Assembly (NCBI GenBank): GCA_965248445.1
Contig: CBDFJG010000003.1
Coordinates: forward strand, 1,632,001-1,696,000
Direction: 5' to 3'
DNA: 64,000 nucleotides
Origin: Planctomycetota bacterium
GTDB taxonomy: Bacteria; Planctomycetota; JAJSAM01; JAJVHW01
Below are positions 51,167-59,795 of the stretch, in pieces; within the stretch, counting starts at the first letter, position 1; every line of letters begins with the position of its first letter. Position numbers and translations under genes: made by a program. Below the pieces are notes generated by a model. The model had not been told where the DNA came from. It did no database searches and saw only the letters and a program-made list of their open reading frames with translations.

Positions 51167-51585
51167 GCTGGATCCACATGCGGCCAACCGCTTCCTCGGG
51201 TTCTCCACACGCCGACATGCGGAGCCTTGTGGGGGTGTCTGTCGGCGACAATGGAGGGCGTGTTCAGCGCTTCGACCGACGGCGTTCCGTCTCGTCCGTT
51301 CTCCCCTGTGACATCGTGCCCGTTCTGGGTCGCGCTGAACACAGCACGGGGTCGAGAGCGGGCGGGATGGAGAGCCGGGGAATCCGTCGATGAGCGCGAC
51401 GCTTGCGTCTCTTGAGCCCTGCTACGGTGGCCCCGCGCGCGAAGACCTGACGCGCCACACGATCACCGACCTGGGTTTCCACAGCCACCTCGTGTACGTG
51501 ATCTCGGCGCGGTCCCTCTGTGCCAACGTGGCTGAGACACCGACCCCACGGATGATTACTGTGCAGGGCGGTGGAGGAACCAGCG

Positions 51586-52089
51586 ATGACGAACAACCAC
51601 AACACAGCGCCGGGGGAGATCCCGGAGCCGAGGGAGGGCGAGCATAGCGAGCGCGATCGAGGCGGAGGGGGCTCCCCCGGGGCGCGCGGCCCGGGGGACG
51701 TTGGGGTGCGCGACCCCGAGGTCGTGCCGCGCGCCTCGCGGCGGCGCTTTGGCGCCGCGTACAAGCTACGGATCATCGAGGCGGCGGACGCGTGCACGAA
51801 GCCCGGCGAGATCGGCGCTCTCTTGCGCCGTGAGGGGCTGTACTCCTCGCACTTGTTGACGTGGCGGCGCGCGCGGGACCAGGGCCAGCTCGAGGCGCTC
51901 TCGCCCAAGCGGCGTGGTCCCAAGCCCGATCCGGACCGTGCGCTCAAGAAGCGCAACGAGCAGCTCGAGCGCGAAGTCGCCCGTCTCGAGAAGCGGCTCG
52001 AGACGGCCGAGGTGATCATCGACGTGCAGCGAAAAGTCTCACGGCTGCTGGGCATCGAGATGCCCGAGACGAGCGGGAGCGACACGTGA
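51586..52089 (+). CDS. IS3-like transposase OrfA
   Basis: RRRFGAAYKLRI, IGALLRREGLYSSHLLTWRR. Confidence 0.88.
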   Translation: MTNNHNTAPGEIPEPREGEHSERDRGGGGSPGARGPGDVGVRDPEVVPRASRRRFGAAYKLRIIEAADACTKPGEIGALLRREGLYSSHLLTWRRARDQGQLEALSPKRRGPKPDPDRALKKRNEQLEREVARLEKRLETAEVIIDVQRKVSRLLGIEMPETSGSDT

Positions 52090-53114
52090 TTGCGGCGGAG
52101 GAGCTGGGGGGACGCGTGGGCGTCGCCCCCGCGTGCCGCGCGCTCGGAGTCACGCGCGCCACGCTCTATCGGCGCCGAACGGCACGCACGTGCCCCCGGC
52201 CCCAGCAGCCGCGCCGGCGCTCGCCGCGCGCCCTCACGATCGACGAGCGTCTTACCGTACTCGCGGTGCTGAGCGAGGAGCGCTTCTGCGATCTGTCACC
52301 GCTTGCGGCGTGGGCGATCCTGCTCGACGAGGGACGCTACCTGTGCTCGGTGCGCACGATGTACCGCATCCTCGGTGCGGCTGGTGCTGTGCGTGAGCGC
52401 CGCAACCAGCTGCGTCATCCCGCGTACAAGAAGCCCGAGCTCCTCGCGACCTCCCCGAACCAGGTCTGGAGCTGGGACATCACCAAGCTCCGCGGCCCGG
52501 TGAAGTGGAGCTACTTCTATCTCTACGTCGTGCTCGACATCTACTCCCGCAACGTCGTGGGCTGGATGCTGGCGGACTGCGAGAGCGGTGCGCTGGCGAC
52601 GGCACTCATCGAGCAGTCCTGCGAGAAGCAGGGGATCGCGGCGGAGCAGCTCACGATCCACTCCGATCGGGGGCCGCCGATGATCAGCAAGCCGGTGGCC
52701 TTTCTGCTCGCCGATCTCGGCGTGACGAAGTCGCACAGCCGGCCGTACACGTCGAATGACAATCCGTTTTCCGAGAGCCAATTCCGCACGCTGAAGTACC
52801 GGCCGGACTTCCCAGCGCGCTTCGGCTGCATCGAGGACGCGCGGGCGCACTGCCGCGCCTTTTTCCACTGGTACAACCGCGAGCATCGTCACTCGAGTCT
52901 CGGGCTGCTGACGCCCGAGACCGTGCACTACGGCCGCGCCGAAGCGGCCGTCGCCGCGCGCTCGGTCGTGCTCGATGCCGCGTACGCGGCGCATCCCGAG
53001 CGCTTCGTGCGCCGTGCGCCGACGCCGCCGGCTCTGCCGACCGAGACGTGGATCAACCCGCCGGCCCGGGAACTCGCGGCGCTGGAGACTGCGACACAGG
53101 AGGCTGCTCACTAA
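52086..53114 (+). CDS. IS3-like transposase OrfB (DDE)
   Basis: PNQVWSWDITKL, IHSDRG, SNDNPFSESQFRTLKY. Confidence 0.93.
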   Translation: MIAAEELGGRVGVAPACRALGVTRATLYRRRTARTCPRPQQPRRRSPRALTIDERLTVLAVLSEERFCDLSPLAAWAILLDEGRYLCSVRTMYRILGAAGAVRERRNQLRHPAYKKPELLATSPNQVWSWDITKLRGPVKWSYFYLYVVLDIYSRNVVGWMLADCESGALATALIEQSCEKQGIAAEQLTIHSDRGPPMISKPVAFLLADLGVTKSHSRPYTSNDNPFSESQFRTLKYRPDFPARFGCIEDARAHCRAFFHWYNREHRHSSLGLLTPETVHYGRAEAAVAARSVVLDAAYAAHPERFVRRAPTPPALPTETWINPPARELAALETATQEAAH

Positions 53115-53244
53115 ACTCGAAGACGCGGTGTCTCAAAGTCGTTGACACGTCCCGCTCCCCCGAGAGCTACGAGTCCGACATGGAGATCCTGCGGAAGGCG
53201 TTCTGAGCGAGCCGTAGCGCCTGGCGACACCGTGAGCCATCTGG

Positions 53245-53305
53245 CACCGGTCTCGGTATGGCGCGGTATGGCGCGGTATGGCGCACGGTACGGCGCAGTA
53301 TGGCG
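53245..53305 (+). repeat. Tandem 10-bp repeat (CGGTATGGCG)n
   Basis: Three exact and two degenerate units, headed by CACCGGTCT. Confidence 0.85.
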
Positions 53306-53306
53306 A

Positions 53307-54311
53307 TTAGGGCTGGCCCAGGTCCACCGAGTACGGGATCTGCGCGAGATCAAAGGCTCCCGTCAGCGAGATCTTCTGCCCGCCGGCGCTCTCCGCCGAG
53401 ATGCGATACGTGCCCGTCATCTCACCGACGACCACCGGCGCGTTGCTGAACTTCAGGCCCGCGATCCGGATGTCTCCGGACGTGTTGCGGTCGTAAACCG
53501 TGCCGCCGCGCGTGATCACGATTGTCGCCGTGTCGTCTGCGTCACTCACCAGCGCGACGGGGCTGAAGCCGATCTGGCGGACCGTCCAGTCCATCGTCAC
53601 ATCCGAAAGCTGCTGCGTCGCCGGCTGAGCATCGACGTGCAGGTGGAGAAGAAGAGTGCCGGCCCACGACGTCGCGTCGACCGCGACCGTCCCGGCCGTC
53701 GCGCCGTTGATCGTGTAGTCGAACTGACCGACGACGCCCGATAGCGGGTCGCCGGTGGGGATGATCGGATCCGGCGGCACGAACGCGATGGCCCGCTCGG
53801 CAGCGACGACCTTCCTGGTCGCGCGCAAGAGGAACCGCGCACGCTGACCGCGCGGACCGGCCGAGGCCGCCAACGTCTCGAAGTCGCGGGCGCGACCGAG
53901 GAACGCCTCTGCCGTCGCCTGTCGCTGCGCATTCGCGGCCTCGCCGGTGATCTGCTCCGCGTCGAAGATGCGGTTGGAGACGTCCGTCGCGAAGCCGTCC
54001 AGCATTCCGTCGAGCAACGGGCCGAACTCCGCGTCTCCCGGGAAGCGACGATCGATGCGCTGTGCAATTCTCCTCGCCGAGGACAGATCGCGCTTCAGGC
54101 CGCGAGGAACGCGAAGCAACACGCGCGTGACACCACGCAACGTGCGCAGTTGACGCCGCTCCGCGCGATTCGCAGGAGTCGCGAGCTCGCCGCGCCGCTC
54201 GTCCACCTCGACCGCGAGTTCCTCGAAAGGAGTGCCGTCCGTCGCCGCGCCGCCGATCGACGTCAGAGCGAAGACTGCGCAGAGCGCGAGTGCGGTCCGT
54301 CTGGTGCCCAT
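53307..54311 (-). CDS. Hypothetical secreted protein
   Basis: Signal peptide, helical N-domain, beta-rich C-domain; GGAGG RBS. Confidence 0.7.
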   Translation of the reverse strand: MGTRRTALALCAVFALTSIGGAATDGTPFEELAVEVDERRGELATPANRAERRQLRTLRGVTRVLLRVPRGLKRDLSSARRIAQRIDRRFPGDAEFGPLLDGMLDGFATDVSNRIFDAEQITGEAANAQRQATAEAFLGRARDFETLAASAGPRGQRARFLLRATRKVVAAERAIAFVPPDPIIPTGDPLSGVVGQFDYTINGATAGTVAVDATSWAGTLLLHLHVDAQPATQQLSDVTMDWTVRQIGFSPVALVSDADDTATIVITRGGTVYDRNTSGDIRIAGLKFSNAPVVVGEMTGTYRISAESAGGQKISLTGAFDLAQIPYSVDLGQP

Positions 54312-54410
54312 CCATGCCTCCCCGGGAGGGTCATCCCGGCCACAGTCTAGCGGCGACCACCGGATCGCCCACCCTCGGCGCGCCGGAGCGCCACGCCGGA
54401 CGGCAACAGA

Positions 54411-54429
54411 CACCGGTCTCGGTATGGCG
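54411..54429 (+). repeat. 19-bp direct repeat of 53245-53263
   Basis: CACCGGTCTCGGTATGGCG exact match. Confidence 0.85.
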
Positions 54430-54438
54430 GGCTCGGCG

Positions 54439-55164
54439 TCAGCGACCGCGGGGCTCGATGTCGCCTGACCCGCTCGTACTCTCGCCCACCGTGGGTGGGT
54501 TGCCGGCGTACGTGATGTCGCCGCTGCCCCTCACTTCCCCGTCGAAGCTCCAGGTCGCGTGCACCTCGACGTCGCCGCTGCCGTCGACCGTCACGACCGC
54601 TTCCCGCGAGATCAGCCCGAACAGTGCGGCGTCGCCGGAGCCCGCGACGGTCACCGTCAGTTGCTCGGCCTTGCCCGACACTTGAACGTCACCGCTGCCC
54701 GTGATGCGTACGTCGAACGCCTCCGCGTCGACGCCGACGACGACCACGTCACCCGAACCGGTCACCGACACGCCCTCGAGTGCGGTGACCGTGACGTTGA
54801 CCGTCACACCGATGCTGGTGAAGTACGACTCGTCGCTCGAGACGACGAGCTCGCCGTCGATGACCTCGGTCTTGATGACAGGGAGCAGGTTGTCGTCGGC
54901 CGAGACGTGCACCGTCTGCTCGTCACCGACGACCACGCTCACGTCCGTGCTGCCGACCACCTTGACACGCGCGAACTCCGGCACGTCCCGTCCCTCGGTT
55001 GCCGCGACACCCGAGCCCCGGACGTCGACCATCTCTTCTGCCATGAACTCGAACGAGCGCGCGCCGTAGAGCCAGACACCCCCGCAGCACAGGAGGCCCA
55101 GTACGAGGAGGATGAGGACCACCACCAGAACGACCTTGCCGCCGCCACCGTCGCCTTCCGCCAT
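54439..55164 (-). CDS. DUF2807/head-GIN-domain beta-helix protein
   Basis: VRGSG, ADDNLLPVI, repeated xGSGDx. Confidence 0.85.
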   Translation of the reverse strand: MAEGDGGGGKVVLVVVLILLVLGLLCCGGVWLYGARSFEFMAEEMVDVRGSGVAATEGRDVPEFARVKVVGSTDVSVVVGDEQTVHVSADDNLLPVIKTEVIDGELVVSSDESYFTSIGVTVNVTVTALEGVSVTGSGDVVVVGVDAEAFDVRITGSGDVQVSGKAEQLTVTVAGSGDAALFGLISREAVVTVDGSGDVEVHATWSFDGEVRGSGDITYAGNPPTVGESTSGSGDIEPRGR

Positions 55165-55380
55165 CTCGATGCTCCTCCAGACCCGTAAATCACCGCAGCT
55201 CCCCGCCCGGTGAACCGGCCCAACGGCTGGTGGTTCGTCGGGCGCCCTGCCGGCCTGCCGGTAGGGTGCGCGCGATGGACGAGAGCATACTCGCGCAGTG
55301 CCGCGAGGCGCTGCTGGACTGTGAGCACCTCACGCTCGACGATCGTCAGCGTGAGGATCAACTCGGCTGAGAGGACCACG

Positions 55381-55851
55381 TTGCCCCACGTCTACGTAGA
55401 TGCTGACGACTGCCCGGTGAAGGAAGAGGTCGTCCGCGTGGCGAAGCGATACGGGCTGCGCGTGACGTTCGTCGCGAACACCTGGATGCAGATCGCGGAG
55501 CGCGACGGCATCGAGATTGTCGTCGTCCCGAAACAGCCCGATGCCGCCGACGACTGGATCGCCGAGCACGTTGCCGCCGACGACATCGTGATCTGTTCGG
55601 ACATCCCGCTCGCCGCGCGCTGCGTGGAGCGCGAAGCGACGGCGATCAACTCCCGCGGGCGTCTGTTCACCGAGGACGATATCGGCGAGACGCTGGCGAC
55701 CCGCGACCTCCTGTCGTCACTGCGCGAGTCCGGGCTGACGACCGGCGGTCCCAAGCCGTACGGCCCGCGCGATCGTTCGCAGTTCCTGCAGAGCCTCGAC
55801 AAGCAGGTGCACGTGTCGCGCAAGAGCCGCAAGCTGCGCGCTCTCGAGTAG
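55381..55851 (+). CDS. YaiI/YqxD (UPF0178) family protein
   Basis: YVDADDCPVK, DAADDWI, SDIPLA, TGGPKP. Confidence 0.9.
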   Translation: MPHVYVDADDCPVKEEVVRVAKRYGLRVTFVANTWMQIAERDGIEIVVVPKQPDAADDWIAEHVAADDIVICSDIPLAARCVEREATAINSRGRLFTEDDIGETLATRDLLSSLRESGLTTGGPKPYGPRDRSQFLQSLDKQVHVSRKSRKLRALE

Positions 55852-55853
55852 CG

Positions 55854-56900
55854 TCACTCCACGGCATCCAGCAATTGCTCGAGGCGGGATGCTGGGTACT
55901 CCGTCGTGAGGTCCGTGATCAGGCAGCGGTAGAACTCGCCGATCGCGAGCGCCACCGGCCCTCTGCGCGCGACGTACTCGCGCACGGCAGCGGGCACACT
56001 TGCGATCGCTGCGTGCGTGCCGTCGATCAACTCGCGCACCGTCTTCCGCCAATCCTTCCTCGCGTCGTAGCGAGTGACGAGCGAGTGGACGTTGCTGGTG
56101 ATGGCCGTGCAGCGATCGAAGTTCTGGTGCCGGTCGAAGAACGCGAGTTCTGCGGCGTCGAGATCGAATTCCGGCGAGATGGCCAGCCCGTGGTCGCTCA
56201 GAAACAACCCGCTCCCGTCGGTGAGGATGTTCTCGAAGTGGGCGTCCATGTGCAGCACGCCCTGACCGTTCACGAACGCGAGCAGGTCCAAGAGCGCGGC
56301 CTCGGTCTGCGCCACGGCGTTCGCGCGATCGAGTTCGGCGATCGGCCGCTCGCGGGTCCACTGGAGCAGCGTCATTGGAAAGTGCTCCAGGAACAACGCG
56401 ACCGACGACGTCGCCTCCAGAACCGCCGCGGCCCGCTGCTTGATCACGGGCTGATGGCCCCAGATCTCGGTGCTCGTCCTGTCGTCCTCGAGCGCAATCG
56501 CCATCGGAAGAACGCGCCAGTCGTGCAACAGCACGAAGTCAGGGCACTGCCCGCTGAGGACCCACTCGTTGGCCTGCCGGTGGACCTCCAGCTCGCGCCA
56601 CGCGCCGAAGCCACAGCCCCCGAGCCGGTGCTGGTAGTAGGTCGGGAGTCCGAACAGGTTGGCTGTCGAGTGACGGTGCTCCGGCCGCAACTCGAGAGCG
56701 GTCAGCGGCACCAGCTTGACGAACACGTCCGCGTTGACGCGCGGCACGCAGACGGTCCCGTGGCCGCCCACGGACAGGCTCGACCCGGAGAGCCAACGAA
56801 CGAGTTCTTCGTCGCTCAGCGCGCGTAGCTCGGCCTCGATCTCGCGATGGCGCGCGATGCGCGCTGCGAGCGCGGGGGCGGCGGGGGTGTCAGCGCGCAT
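55854..56900 (-). CDS. Protein-kinase-like fold protein
   Basis: VFVKLVPLT, GAWREL, LHMDAHFENILTDG...LSDHGLA. Confidence 0.72.
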   Translation of the reverse strand: MRADTPAAPALAARIARHREIEAELRALSDEELVRWLSGSSLSVGGHGTVCVPRVNADVFVKLVPLTALELRPEHRHSTANLFGLPTYYQHRLGGCGFGAWRELEVHRQANEWVLSGQCPDFVLLHDWRVLPMAIALEDDRTSTEIWGHQPVIKQRAAAVLEATSSVALFLEHFPMTLLQWTRERPIAELDRANAVAQTEAALLDLLAFVNGQGVLHMDAHFENILTDGSGLFLSDHGLAISPEFDLDAAELAFFDRHQNFDRCTAITSNVHSLVTRYDARKDWRKTVRELIDGTHAAIASVPAAVREYVARRGPVALAIGEFYRCLITDLTTEYPASRLEQLLDAVE

Positions 56901-57471
56901 CGCCCGGTCGATTGGGCGCCGCGGAGACGTCGTACCGCAGTTCCGCGTACTCCCCGGCTCGCCGGACCGACGTCAGCCGCAGCGACGGTGGATCGATCCG
57001 GCGGGGAAGCAGCGGGAAGCCGGCGCCGAGAGTGGCGGGGGCGACGTGGACCATCACTTCGTCCAGGAGTCCGGCGTCGTGGAACTGGCCGGCCAGGTCG
57101 CCGCCACCGATGACCCAGACGTTCTTGCCGTTCGCCGCCGCCACCATGTCCGCGTGCACGGGACGCACGTCGCCGCGGACGAAGCGTACGTCGGCGCCCT
57201 CGACCGTCGGGAGGTCATCGCGCGAGCTGAAGACCCAGCACGGGGCCTCGTAGGGCCACGCCGCCTCGTTGCCGGCCGCCCGTTCCCGTTCGAGGTGCGC
57301 CGCGACCCACCGGTACGTCCCCGAGCCCATCGTCAACGCACCGACCGCGGCGATGAACGTTACGTAGTCGTTGGGGTCGCCCTCGCCGGACGCATCAAGC
57401 CAGTCGATGCCGTGGTTCTCGTCGGCGATGAAGCCGTCGAGTGTGGAGGCGACGTAGTACTGCGTCTTCAT
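56890..57471 (-). CDS. Dihydrofolate reductase/RibD C-terminal family protein
   Basis: YYVASTLDGFIAD, MGSGTY, VWVIGGGDLA, GLLDEV. Confidence 0.9.
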   Translation of the reverse strand: MKTQYYVASTLDGFIADENHGIDWLDASGEGDPNDYVTFIAAVGALTMGSGTYRWVAAHLERERAAGNEAAWPYEAPCWVFSSRDDLPTVEGADVRFVRGDVRPVHADMVAAANGKNVWVIGGGDLAGQFHDAGLLDEVMVHVAPATLGAGFPLLPRRIDPPSLRLTSVRRAGEYAELRYDVSAAPNRPGDAR

Positions 57472-57764
57472 GGATCGTCATCGTAGCGAGGCAAGACGCC
57501 GATGGCGCCTGGCGCCGCCTAGACTGCCGTGATGCAGCCACCACGCCGGCCCGCGAAATCCCGTCCGCGACTCAGGTTCGCGACGCTCCTCGTGGTCGGT
57601 CAAGTCCTTGGCGATGGTTTTCTTGCCGGGCGTCTGCGTCGCCTTGCCCTCGCTCCGACAGGCCGACGGACTCAGAAGATCGATGTCGACGAGCCGTCGG
57701 CCCAGAGTCGGAACCGGGTCGGCGCGGGCTGGCCTGCCGCCGCGTCCAGGTCCATCCTGGGTGC

Positions 57765-58430
57765 GTGCAGGCGCCCGAGCTCATCGACGAAGCAAGGACC
57801 CCCGCCGGCGAGCGGATCCGGCTCACGCGGGAGTCGGGCTACTTCCTTGTGCACGTGGACGACGTGCTGCTCATGACGAGCGGCGCGCACCACTCCGAAG
57901 AGCTCATGGCGACGATCGGCTGCCGGGGGCTGCGCGGGCGGAACGACACACGCGTGCTCGTCGGTGGTCTCGGCCTGGGGTACACGCTGCGCGCGGCACT
58001 GAACGCCGTGGGGCCGCGCGCGACGGTCGTCGTCTCGGAGTTACTGGAAGCCGTCGTCGACTGGAGCCGATCTCACGTCGGCCACCTGGCTGGGCATCCG
58101 CTGGACGACCCGCGCGTAGTCGTCGAGGTCGGCGACCTCGTGGCCTACGTCCACTCACGGCCGGAGCCGTTCGACGCCCTGCTGCTCGACGTGGATTGCG
58201 GGCCCGACTCGTTCACCTCGAAGGGCAACGGACGCCTCTACGACCGGGACGGACTCGCGTTGCTCCGGCAGCTGCTCCGGCCGGGCGGTACGTTGGTCGT
58301 CTGGTCGGCGTATCAGTGCCCGCCGTTCGTGCGGGATCTGAAGAAGGCGGGGTTCAAGCCAGAGGTCGTCACCGCCCGCGAGCGGGGCGACCGAGGCGCG
58401 CTGCACACGCTCTACGTCGGGCGCCGCTGA
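57765..58430 (+). CDS. Spermidine-synthase-like SAM-dependent transferase
   Basis: VLVGGLGLGYTL, FDALLLDVDCGP, LRPGGTLVVWS. Confidence 0.85.
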   Translation: MQAPELIDEARTPAGERIRLTRESGYFLVHVDDVLLMTSGAHHSEELMATIGCRGLRGRNDTRVLVGGLGLGYTLRAALNAVGPRATVVVSELLEAVVDWSRSHVGHLAGHPLDDPRVVVEVGDLVAYVHSRPEPFDALLLDVDCGPDSFTSKGNGRLYDRDGLALLRQLLRPGGTLVVWSAYQCPPFVRDLKKAGFKPEVVTARERGDRGALHTLYVGRR

Positions 58431-58456
58431 TCACGTCACGTACGGACGCAGCCCGG

Positions 58457-59795
58457 TCACTCCTCTCGCGCGACGAGACGCTCGACCTGGCCGGCTGCCG
58501 TCGTCAGTTCCGCCAGCACCTTCTCATCCTGCTCCGTGCTCTCGGCGTCGCGCAGGTACTGCAGCACGGTCTCGTCCGCCCGGGACGCGAGGCCCTTCAC
58601 GGCCGTGAGCCGGAGTTGCTGTGTGTTCGACTTGTCACGGACGATCCGCATCAACTCGGGCGCCGCCCGCGCATCGGGGGAGCGTGCGAGGAACCGCGCG
58701 CCGTCCAGTCGCTGGACATCGGAGTTGCCGGCCGCCACGCGGCCGACCGCCATTTCGACGTACTCGTTCTGGAGGTCGGGGTTGAGCGGTTCGACGAGCT
58801 TCTTGTACGCATCGAAGAACGGAGGCATCGCGAAGGTGAGCTGTCCCAGCGCGTTGTTCGTGAAGCCCGCACCGTAGCCGCCGTTCCGTGCGCGCTCGAT
58901 GTACCGCTCCATGTAGTCGTTCTTCAATGGGGCGGTGGACTCCACGAACGTGAAGGCCTGCATCATCACCGCGCGGATCTCGGCCACCACCTCGGGATCG
59001 GTCTCGGCCGCGTCGAAGGCCATGATGGCGTCGAACTGCTCGCGCGTCATCTTGCCGAGCTCGGCGACGAGGATCGGTCCCAGCTCGTACTGGTTCGCGC
59101 CCGCTTCCTGCATCCGGACGAGAATGCCCATCACGCCGGCATACATCTCCTGGATCTCCTCCCAGCGCTCGTCGCGGGAGACCTCGCCGTCGCGGCTCGC
59201 GGCCTGCGAGCCGGAGGTGAGTTCCTCTACCCGCGCATCGAGAGCGGCGATCGCCAGATCCCGCTCATCGAGCTGACCGCGCAGCAGCTCCAGGTCCGCT
59301 CCGAGGCCGCCGATCTTGGCGGCGCTGCGCGACCGCTCGTCGTCGAGCTTGCTCCGCATGGACGCGAGGTCCTCGCGGTCGGACTCGAGCTGGCCGCGAA
59401 GCTCCGCGACCGCCGCGTCGTGCTCATCCGCAAGCCCGGATGCGAGGAGCTGCTGCGACAGTGCTGCGCCCCCCACCAGACAAGAGATGGCGAGTACGAA
59501 CGCCCCTACGACAGTCTTTGCCTGCATGACGACTCCTCCTGCTGTGGCTCCCTTGGCAGCCAGCGTTTCAGTCAGTGCTGTTTGGGCCGACGCTGCGGTG
59601 GTGGCAGCGGCCGACGCCGAGAAGTAGCTATTGACGGCCTCTCGCGCGGCGGAGACCACCTGCGGCGCAACGGCGTCCAGCACGACTTGCCCGTGCAGCG
59701 GGGGCACGAGCAGCGCGCCCAGCGACACGCCACCGACGAGGCGGCGATTCAGTATCCCGAGTCCCTTGCGAAGGCGCTGATGCACCGTCTTCTGG
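58457..59795 (-). pseudogene. C-terminal part of an ECF sigma factor with membrane-spanning extension (coiled coil, HEAT); 5' part missing
   Basis: Begins QKTVHQRLRKGLGILNRRL (end of sigma region 4), then Ala-rich linker GGVVM, TM, coiled coil. Upstream in-frame stop at 59809. Confidence 0.6.

Larger units (their letters stand above)
46503..51520 (+). mobile_element. Prophage remnant (small co-oriented accessory genes)
   Basis: Chain of short ORFs with GTGA/ATGA overlaps, including DUF5131 and DnaA-C-like genes; begins at an AT-rich junction and ends at IS3. Confidence 0.75.
51521..53147 (+). mobile_element. IS3-family insertion sequence (distinct from 2933-4189); termini approximate
   Basis: Imperfect IR TGCCAACG-N4-TGAGACACCG / CGGTGTCTCA-N4-CGTTGACA; orfA/orfB; no clear duplication. 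Confidence 0.88.

Noticed and set aside
53245..53305. Possible CRISPR array
   Set aside because: Units are 10 bp and contiguous, with no spacers and no cas genes.
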